Positions 11,161 to 20,958 of a stretch of 64,000 nucleotides of DNA are shown one piece after another. The number at the start of each line of letters is the position of its first letter. Positions within the stretch are counted from its first letter, which is position 1. The stretch is from Octopus sinensis (Eukaryota). The notes under the pieces were generated by a model. It was not told where the DNA came from. It searched no databases and saw nothing but the letters and a program-made list of their open reading frames with translations. Location: contig NC_043007.1 of NCBI RefSeq assembly GCF_006345805.1, positions 38,564,001-38,628,000 of the forward strand. The letters run 5' to 3'. The position numbers and the translations under genes are program-made.

Positions 11161-13045
11161 TATATATATATTTATATGTGTGTTTTTTTGCAAAAAGCTT
11201 TATAGGATGTCAATTTTTACGGTTTTTTTCCGTTTTTCGTATTTATTTCACGCCACTACACTTAGGTTTTGGTGGGCGGTGTCACTTAAAATGTTTCCCT
11301 GTAAGTTTCACTGTCTGCGACTGTACTTGTTTTCGTGGTTTAATTTTAACAAAAAATCAAACCATGGGAAAAAGATAATATAGATGTCAATACGTTTAAT
11401 TTTCTTCTAGCTAGCTATAAGCTAAAGCTGATGTTGGAAGACTGAAATCATTTTTAATCTCAAAAGTATATATTCAATTTTTCTGCTACACTAAGTGTGA
11501 CGCTGACTTTTAATTTTAAGGTATACTTTTCGACTGTACACCGGTTATGGCTAAGAATGAATGTATTTGTGTTTGCGCACTTTTATACATGTGCACGTAT
11601 GTGTGCGTGTGTATAAACACACACATACATATATGTATGAGTAAACGAAGATGAAGATGAAATAAATTCAATGAGTAACTGGAAATTTATTTACGGATAA
11701 GCTTCCGATAAGTACGTTGGAGGCAAATAGACTTACTGTGTGTGTGTATGGTGGGGGTGAAGTAATCGATATGTGTGTAAAAGGTAATATGCATTGTAAT
11801 ATGTGATATTGGAGGAGGGTCAGGCGAGGTTAGGTATAAAAGTAGTGTAAGGTCGATGGTTCTGGTTCAGAAATCTCGATGCGTTAATGGATTTTCCATT
11901 TTATAAACACAAACACACATGCGCTCGCCAAGAAGCACGCTCTCGTAGGTGCGTGATTGAGAAAATGAAATATGTTTACTTACAGTGAAATTTGCTGTTC
12001 TCATTCAATGTGCGCTCAAGAGATATGAGTTCCTGAATGAGATTTTAATATTATTGAGAATGATGGTGTTGTTTAACCTCAACTCGAAACTGAATAGAGC
12101 TCCATGTCTTTTTCCTTTTTTTTTTTTTTCCTTTGTTTTTAAAGATATCCTGTTTCCAGTACTAGATTTTCCGATGTATTTTCCCTTCTTTGAAACAGTA
12201 GGGAGACTAAGGGGCTATTGCAGATCGTATGACTGCACTGAGTTGCGATTTACTGTTTGTTCGTAAAACGAGTATTTATTTAAGAAGTGAAATCTGTTAT
12301 GCATAAAACATTCATGAAATGAAATTTGTTATTCAATGTATGAAATGTGTGATCAATTTATGAAATTGATAATTTAGGAAATGAAAATTGCTGTATGAAT
12401 TCAGAGAGTGAATGCAATTGTGTGATCATAATATGCTTTTTAAAATATGTAGCCATAAGAATAGTGATACGGGAAGAAAAGGATGCTGAAATGTGTATTA
12501 AAGAAATTAAAATCTCTTGTTCACGAACTAAATTTTTTTTTTTTTTTTAGTTTATTTAATTTTTTCCTTGAAAGGTGTGATCATTAAATATATTCTCAGA
12601 AAATGAAGCCTGTTGTGTGGCCCTTAAAATATACTACCCAACATATACATTAATAAAATTAATAGTTTATAAAACATCTGTTGTCTCTGTTCATGATTTG
12701 TTGTTGTTTTTTAATAAAATGTTTTCAATATAACAAAAAACAAGTTTGTGTGTTCATCAAATATGCTTATTTAAAACAAAATCTGTTGAGTATTTGGATC
12801 ATCATCATCAGCAGCAGCATACGCCTACTTTTTCATGCTTGTATAAGTCAGACGAAATTTGTTGATACAAATTCTCTATGGTCGGATGCCCTTCTTGTCA
12901 CCAACCCTCACCTGTTTCCCACTAGAGTCATATTTTCCCATGGCCCGACATATTTTTGACAGAAGACTGGACACGAATAACCGTTGCATAATGTGAAGTC
13001 AAGGACACACACATATGAACAAACATATATATATACATATACTTA

Positions 13046-13182
13046 ATTTAAAAGCAGCAGAAATATAACAAAAGCTGTTACTCAGAGTTTCACGTTCCCG
13101 TTCGTCGGACAAAATCTGGCCGACAAATGGGAACGTGAAACTCTGAGTAACAGCTTTTGTTATATTTCTGCTGCTTTTAAAT
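13046..13182. repeat. Perfect 54-bp inverted repeat
   Basis: 13046-13099 is the reverse complement of 13129-13182; a further ~9 bp pair imperfectly inside. Confidence 0.95.
13075..13112 (-). ncRNA. Minimal type I hammerhead-like motif (CCGACGA core)
   Basis: TTGT-CCGACGA-ACG GGAA CGT-GAAA-CTC t GAG-T-A^ACAG: GNRA-capped helix II, GUA triplet. Confidence 0.6.
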
Positions 13183-13578
13183 AAAGTATATTACTCTACC
13201 TCTGGTATTTGAGTACTCTTTTTTCCACCTTGTTTCACATTTATGTGCATACTCCGGTATATATACATATATATGTGTGTGTGTGTGGAGAGAGAGAGAG
13301 GGCAGAAAGGGAGCAAGTTGGCTCTGATGGAGAGGTGCCACCCTGGATGAAGAGGCAGAAGTTCAAGTTCCCACCCATTTGAGCACTACTCTGTGTTATC
13401 TATTCTAGGCTTAGTTTGCTTTCACCTGCTCATAAATTGGGTCATCCCATAAATAATGTGTTGTTTTCAATTGCCTGAACTAAAAGTTGGAGGGGAACGG
13501 GATAATATCTGCATCAACTTGCTATAAAAGCAGGTAGTAATTTTACCTCTTAGTGCAAGTTTTATGTATATATATATA

Positions 13579-13800
13579 CTGTTGTGTCTGGGGAGAGTCA
13601 TTTTCTTTTTGCGCCTTATAATTTAACACACTCACCGGTAAAATTTCCACTTATTCCTTATTTTTATTTTCCTAAAATTTTTGTTGCAAGATGCAACAAA
13701 AATTTTAGGAAAATAAAAATAAGGAATGTGTGGAAATTTTACCAGTGAGTGTGTTAAATTATAAGGCGACAAAAAGAAAATGACTCTCCCCAGACAACAG
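13579..13800. repeat. Near-perfect palindrome, ~110-bp arms, 3-nt loop
   Basis: Centre TTGTTGCA-AGA-TGCAACAA (loop 13689-13691); arms match out to ctgttg..tctggggagagtc / gactctccccagacaacag. Confidence 0.95.
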
Positions 13801-13855
13801 AATATGCTTCAACACACGAACTCACATAAAAAATCTTGCAAACCAAATCAAAAAA

Positions 13856-13895
<40 letters not shown>

Positions 13896-14218
13896 GAAGA
13901 CACTTTGCCGAAGGTGCAATACAGTGGGACTGAACCTGAGATCATGTCATTGGGAAAGAAGTCACACCTCCACCTAACTATGTCTACTAAACTAAATGGT
14001 AGACTTAATCCGTTGCCTGATTTTATACCTTCATCAAGCATTTTGGCTGCCTTTACGGGAGTCCGCCCTGTTGCATGTATTTGGGCTAGATCCCCAGTTT
14101 GAAGATACTTTCTTCTCTTCATCTCATCCATCCTAGAGGCTTTGTAAAGGATCTGCCTTTCCTCCTGACTAAAATAATAAAAATAAACTTTTTACATGAA
14201 AGATCGACTCATGTTGTT

Positions 14219-14510
14219 CATCATCATCATCATATAACGTCTGTTTTCCATGCTAGCATGGGTTGGACAGTTCAACCGGGGTCTGGGAAGCCAGGAGGCT
14301 GCACCAGGCTCTAGTCTGATCTGGCAGTGTTTCTACAGCTGGATGCCTTTCCTAACACCAACCACTCTGTGAGTGTAGTGGGTGCCTTTTACGTGCCATT
14401 GGCACAGGTGCCAGAGGAGGCTGGCTACGGCCACAATCGGTTGGTGCTTTTTACATACCACCTGCATAGAAACCAGCCAAGGCGGCGCTGGCATCGGCCA
14501 CGTTCGAATA
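14219..14510 (-). mobile_element. 3'-end copy of the RTE LINE
   Basis: catcatcatcat..aacgtctgttttccatgctagcatgggttggacagttc...ctggatgcctttcctaacaccaaccactc matches the reverse complement of 24620-24900. Confidence 0.85.
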
Positions 14511-15371
14511 ATAATAATGTTGTTTAACTCCAAATCAAATCTGAATCATACCCCAGCAATGTGTGTGCGTTCATGCAATGAAATCTATTGGGTGTGCACA
14601 TGGAAAGTGGAATATATTCTCATGAAATATGCTTTTGTGAGCCAAAATCTGTTGAATTGTTCATAAGATATGTTGTAGTGAAACTGAGGTCAGATTAGAA
14701 CTCAGATTCCCATTTCAGAACCCCTGACAGGCTCCTTGAACCTATTCATATGGCCATGAAAAGCATGAAAGCCTATGTTATTGTTTTTGATCAATCAGTA
14801 TTGGCAATTAAGGGTGGTAAACTTTAAAGAAAATTGTAAATTCCACCGCACCCCAAAGTTGTATATCTGAAGCGGGGTTCAAAAAAACTGGAGTATTGAA
14901 CCTAAAAACAGAGTTCACTCATATGCTTAACATTTGTTTAAATCTCTCTTCCCCCCTCTCTCTCTCCCTCCCCCTCTCCTCTCTCTCTCTCTCATACACA
15001 CACTCTCCATCTCTTTTTCCACAGTACACACTTTTACCATCCCCTTTCCACAGCATGATAGCTTGTTTACACCACAGAAAAGTACCTTTAGCACATTACA
15101 GATTACTGTAAAAGCCAGTGTAATTTATGCATAAATTTACTAAAATCATTAAATGGTTAACTACTTTTTGAAGTCTGACATTCCTGATGGTAATCACAGT
15201 CCGAACCATCTACTCTAATAATACTCTTGTGTTTTTCTCCGTCACAAAATATGAATGAGAAAGGAAGTGATGATAGATGAATAACGAAGGAAAGGGTGAT
15301 GGCAAACTGGTAGTGGGAGCGTTTCAACTCTGTGTGGATATATGTGTGTGTGTGTATAACAGGGAGGGATG

Positions 15372-15403
<32 letters not shown>

Positions 15404-15452
15404 TGTGTACAGTGCTCAGGTGCACTACAACTCATCTAAAGTGTATATATAA

Positions 15453-16974
15453 TCAGGTGTAGTTTCGGCGGATTTCGGAAAGCATGAGGGCCTTAAAAGA
15501 TGCAGTGTCATGGCAGTCAACAACTGACGCAGGCAGTTTATTCCATGCTTCAGCAACTCTGAGCGTGAAAAAATGTTTCCGAAAGTCATGGGAGCTGTAT
15601 TGTTTTCTGACTTTGTAGGCATGTCCACGTGTGTTAGACACATGGAGATCAAAAAGGTGTTCAGTGTTGTTGTTGGTGAGGTGGTTGATAACTTTGTGGG
15701 TGTTTACCAAGTCCGTCGCCAAACGCCGGAGCTTCAGTGAATCCATGCCCAGGGAAACAAGGCGCTCAGAATATGGTAGGTGTCTGATGGAGGGTATGCG
15801 TTTGGTTGCACGTCTCTGGACAGATTCCAGGAGGTCAATGTTCTGTGCAAGATAGGGGTTCCAAACTGATGATGCGAATTCCAAGTGTGGTCGTACCATA
15901 GCTGTATACAGTTTTAAATAGATGGCTGGAGAGCGGCTAACAAAAGACCTGCTGAGTGATGCCAAGACACCCTCGGCCTTCCTGACAATCTTAGAGATAT
16001 GCTTTGACCAACGCAAATCACTGCTGACAGTGATGCCTAGGTCACGCTCGCAAGAGGATTTCTTGATATCAGTGTTGTGGAGGGAGTAAGTGAACGCAGG
16101 GTTTTTTCTCCCAAAATGCATGGTGGTACACTTGTCCACAGCCAGTTTCAGTTGCCAGTCTGTGATCCATTGCTGCATTGTGTCTAGGTCTGATTGCAGG
16201 AAAGAGTTGTAGACATCAGGATCTGTCCTCTTGATTTCAAGGTACAGCTTGATGTCGTCTGCATATTTCAATACTGTGGCATTCTTTAAATTGGCATCTA
16301 TGTCGTTAATGTATGCCACAAACAAGAGGGGACCAAGGACAGATCCCTGTGGTACACCCGATGACATCTCATATGGTGTAGAGTGCTGTCCTAGAACTGT
16401 GACTACCTCCTTTCGGCTGAGGATGAAGGATTTCAACCAGTTAAAAAGGTCATCCCCCCCCACCCATTGCAGAGAGTTTCACCATAAGCCTTTTGTGTGG
16501 CACAGAGTTGAAAGCCTTAGCAAAGTCAAGGTAGACAACATCCACCCATGAGCCACGGTCAGTAATCTGAGTAATGTCCTCAAGGAACTCGACAAGCTGG
16601 TCACTGCAGCTGGAGTTAGGGACAAATCCATATTGTGAGGGTCGGATGAGACTGTGAGAGCTCCAGAAGTTCCAGAGTGTTTCTCTGACACACGATTCCA
16701 TCAGTTTTGCAATACAGCTAGTGAGACTGACTGGGCGATAGTTGACAGGTGATGTGCGGTCGCCCTTTTTGAACAGAGGAATGACACTGGCAGTTTTCCA
16801 CTGCTCCGGAGTAGCACCATTGTTGAGACAGTACTGGAAGAAAATAGAAAGCTGGTGTAAAAGGAAGTGCCTGCCACGTTTGAGAAGCAGGTATGTAACT
16901 CCATCGAGACCAGGGGAGGCATAGTTGCGCTTATTTTGAAGGTGACGTCGCAGCATTGCAGGTGTAAATTCCAT
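15453..16974 (-). pseudogene. CR1-type reverse transcriptase (frameshift in poly-C at ~16455)
   Basis: PGLDG, NYRPVSLTS, QYGF, DVVYLDFAKAFNSVPH, SGVPQGSVLGPLLF, YADDIKLY, RPHLEFASSVWNPY, LESVQRRATK in ORFs 16450-16974 and 15453-16463. Confidence 0.92.
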
Positions 16975-16994
16975 AGTTGTTATGGAGTTTGCTG

Positions 16995-18222
16995 TTAGTG
17001 ATGGTGAAGATGGTACATTTTGACTTTCAACAGTGAATATGTTTGCATAGTACTCGGCAATGAGTTCTGCGCATTCCTTGGGGTCGTCAGTGATCTGGTT
17101 TGTGTGAGGTTGCGAAGAGGGCCCACTGGAGAGTGAGGTCTCTGCTTTGAGTGCACATATTTCCAGAAAACCTTGCTGTCAGGATTGGCTGCTATGCACT
17201 GTTCAAATTCAAGCACTGCTTTTTTTGTCACTTGCTTGAGATGGTTGGAGGATTTATTCCGCTTCTTCCTGTTGGTGTCTGATTTATGCAACCTGTATTC
17301 CCGTTCAGCAGTCCGACGTTCCCTCCTGGCAAGTCGGACCGCTGAAGTTTCCCAAATTGCCCTTTTGGGGCGGTTCTTCTTTTTTTGTTTACGTGGCACA
17401 GATGCTGCACATGCTGCCCATATTGAGTCCAGGATACTCTGGAGTATAGTATTCACATCTCCAGAGTTGTAGAATTCACGCCAGTTTGGGTGCTGTAGTT
17501 CAGTGTGGTACAGGTTCCAATCTGCTCTCTTCCAATCGAAGGAAGCAGATTGTAGATGGTTCAGGTTTTCGTTGCCCGCAAGAGCCAGATTGGCGATGAT
17601 CATAGCATGATCAGAGTCACCTAGAGGTTCCTCCGTAGTGCAATTGATAACCGCTTCAGGAGTTGTGGTGAAGAGCAGGTCCAAGGTGTTGTCGCCTCTT
17701 GTTGGAGAGGTGACTACTTGTGACCAGTTTGAGTCCAGCACAAGCTCAACAAAATCGTTTGCACTCTGTGGCCAATGGAAGGTCTCCCAATCGATCTCAG
17801 GATGATTGAAATCGCCTGCAATAAACACATAAGTGGCTGTTTTCCTGGCAGCAGCTCGGAGGACATTGCAAAGCTGTGTGTCCCGATGGTAACTTGGGGG
17901 ACGATAAACAACGCCAAGCAGGAGTGTTGACATGGTCATACGCACGTCACAGAAAAAAACTTCTTCTTGTGATTCGTTCAAATCGGCACAAGGAATTACC
18001 AAAAAATTTGAACGAACGTAGACCATCACACACCACCACCACGGCGGTTAGTGCGGTCCTTACGGAAGAGTTGTTGTACCCCGTAATGTTGAAAACCCCA
18101 TCACAGAGTAAGGAATGCGCCCATGTTTCCGTGACAGTGATGAAGTCAGGGTCAACACTTCTGACGTAGGCGTTGAACAAATGTATTTTGTTGCATAAAC
18201 TGCGAGCATTTAAGGACAACAA
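16995..18222 (-). pseudogene. APE endonuclease of CR1 ORF2 (frameshifted)
   Basis: LSLNARSL, VTETW, GVVYRPP, AGDFNHP, TRGDNTLDLLFT, LGDSDHAMI. Confidence 0.9.
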
Positions 18223-18279
18223 TTTGTACCCTGCTCGCAGTTTATGATGGTGTGTAGAGGATGGCAGGTTGTTCTGGCT

Positions 18280-19470
18280 TAGTTTCCCTGAGTTGCTGTA
18301 GTCTTTTTAGTTATTGTGGGTAGAGAGCACTCAGACCAGCTGGTATCTCTCTTCCACGTTTCAGCAGTCTTGACAAATCTCCAGATTTGTCCATCTTCCC
18401 GAAGACTGAAGCTTTCCTGTAGAGCTGAGTTCCTATTCAGGGAAGCCACTACACGTAGCTTCGGACGTACATCGGACGGTAAGCCTGGGCGTGTTCGGAA
18501 GGTGGTCCGATTTTCCCGCCCAGCTTTAACTGAGGCCAAATGGTAAGAGGTTGCCTCAGTGGGGTCCGTAAAAGACAACTTGATGAGCCTAGTTTTGGGC
18601 CAGGTCGTCCAAGGCGGATAGCACCCGTTGGGGGAACGCAGCCTAGGTCTTTGGCTGAGTTGGCAGCAAAAGCCTGAAGATCAGCCATGTCTTCTGGTAC
18701 CCCAATGGCAATGACTTCATGGGTGGCAGAATCCGCGGTCTTAAATGCGACAAGAGGTACAGGTACAGGGAGGTTCTTTAGCAGAGCATTCCGATAAGAC
18801 CCCTCATTGTGGAGTCCAACTTGAATGGTTGCTTTTATTCCTGCTACTTCCCCTTTTAAAGCACAGATCGATTGTTGCAGTTCTGCAAGAACCGCACTGG
18901 TCAATTGTGTTGTTGTTGTTGCTGCTGCTGTGCTCTGGTTGTGGTTGATTTTGTTGTTGTGCTGTTGTTGTTGTTGTTTTGTTGTTGCTGCTGCTCTGGT
19001 TGTGGTTGATTTTGTTGTTGCTGCTGCTGCTCTGGTTGTGGTTGATTTTGTTGTTGCTGCTGCTCTGGTTGTGGTTGATTTTGTTGTTGCTGCTGTTGCT
19101 GTTCCGCCTCCTCCACGGGAGTGGCAGGGGAGACACAATCGTCGGTTGTGGAGGCACGCAGGCCTGACACTGAAAAGTCCAAGATTTAAGCTGAACCATC
19201 TTCCAGAGTCTATCCATCATAGCATTATGATGGCTCTTTTTTTGGCCTGGGATCTTCTGAAAGTCCGTGGCACATTGGAGGCAGACAGAGATGAGACATG
19301 TCCCACAATCGACCCAGCGATGCGATTACGGAACGTATTTTCGGGTTCCGTACAGATGTGGCAGGTGTGATTTTCTGGGCAGTGTTCTATTTTAGAGCAG
19401 CGACCAGTCTTATCGCACGCCGCTATGGATTTCACCATGGCGATTCTGTTGGTTCTGGTCATCCGTAGAG
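18280..19470 (-). pseudogene. CR1 ORF1 with PHD-like finger
   Basis: CHIC...(frameshift) WVDCGTC..VCLQC...WTFQCQAC, then (TTKSTTTRAAA)n, LAELQQSICALK, and VRPKL..SLNR near the end. Confidence 0.7.
18905..19100. repeat. ~33-36-bp GTT/GCT-rich minisatellite inside ORF1
   Basis: About 5 copies of gctctggttgtggttgattttgttgttgctgctgct. Confidence 0.9.
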
Positions 19471-20329
19471 ACAGAAAATGTAAACAACAATACGATAAAA
19501 GTAAAATATAAAATATTTGTTTTTGATTCGTTCTTTTTTGTGTATATTCCTTGTTCTTAAATATTGTGTGTGTATATACACATGTTTCGTTCTTTTTTGT
19601 GTATATTCCTTTTTTTCTTAAATATTGCGTGTGTATACATAAAAGTATTTGTGCGTATAGACACGGAGAAAGTTTGTAAACAGAAATGAAATTTTTGGGT
19701 GTGTGTGTGCGCGCATGCAATGGAAGTGGAATGGTGAACATTCAACGCTGAAAAGAAAAATCAAACGGCGTTTCAACTCTGTGTGAGTATATGTGTGTAT
19801 GTGTGTGTGTGTGTACAAGGGAAGTATGTGAATGCTTGTATGTGTGAAGTAGCGTTCTTTCAGTAACAAATGATGATCGATGTCACATCTCAAAAGACAA
19901 CCACTAGATAACATGACAAGTGTATTAATTTAATTTACCATCCATATCTATGTATAAAATACTACAATTAGTGGGCATTTTTGATGGCATGGAGCCAGCT
20001 AGTATTATTATAAACAACCTGATAACCCCCCCCCCAAATCCCTAGACCTGATAATCCCCCCCCCCCCCCAAATCCCTAACTCTTTATAAAGCAGTGTTCG
20101 ATTTATCTCGTCCCTCTTCTCGATTCTACATCTTGCTGACAAAACACTGACTCGAAAAATGACCAGCTAAGCGAATTTAACTTACAACCTGTCATTCATA
20201 TTCATTTTTTTAAGCGTTGATTCGTAACTCTAAAATCCCGTTTCTCTATTATTTATTTCGCCATCTTGTATGCATGGCTTCCTGTCTGTCATGCATTTTA
20301 AATTCCTCCTTTAATTTCAGTGTCATCCT

Positions 20330-20805
20330 GTTATTATTCCATCCCCAGAATTCACTACAATATTCTCTCTCTCTCCTATTTATATTATGTTTTACTCGAA
20401 CCCCGAAGTTTCTAGATGTTCAGTAATTTCTGTCGCAGAAAATTCCCTACGTATTAACTTAAAACTGTTGTTCCTTCGTCGTTATTCCTTTCCCCAAAGA
20501 TACCCTAAATTCCCTACGAAATTTTTTCTCTCTCTCTTATTTATATTACGTTCTTCTCGAACCCCGAAGTTCCTAGATGTTCAGTAATTTCTGTTGCAGA
20601 GAAAATTCCCTACGTATTAACTTAAAACCTGTTGTTCCTTCGTCGTTATTCCTTTCCCCAAAGATACCCTAAATTCCCTACGAAATTTTTTCTCTCTCTC
20701 TTATTTATATTACGTTCTTCTCGAACCCCGAAGTTCCTAGATGTTCAGTAATTTCTGTTGCAGAAAATTCCCTACGTATTAACTTAAAACCTGTTGTTCC
20801 TTCGA
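20330..20805 (+). repeat. ~162-bp tandem repeat, about 3 copies
   Basis: gaagtt(t/c)ctagatgttcagtaatttctg recurs at ~20405, ~20566 and ~20730. Confidence 0.9.
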
Positions 20806-20958
20806 GGTGACCCCGCCCTCCCACCCATCCACCAGAATCGGAAGTTTCTGTTTTCTATCTTTCTTGACCCCCCCCCCCGCACCCCTATGTAGGGTTTATT
20901 GTGATCATATAGCGCAAAAACTGTGAAATTTATGCAGGTTGTAGTCTAGAGTCTCAGT

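Larger units (their letters stand above)
15376..19766 (-). mobile_element. CR1-group non-LTR retrotransposon, near full length, frameshifted
   Basis: ORF1 (PHD-like, low-complexity repeat, coiled-coil-like), APE endonuclease, RT, short 3' UTR, (ATT)n tail at 15376-15403. The 5' boundary is uncertain. Confidence 0.88.

Noticed and set aside
18745-19370. Long plus-strand and alternative-frame ORFs over the LINEs (e.g. 18825-19370, 22680-23099)
   Set aside because: Antisense shadows of real TE ORFs or minisatellite translations.
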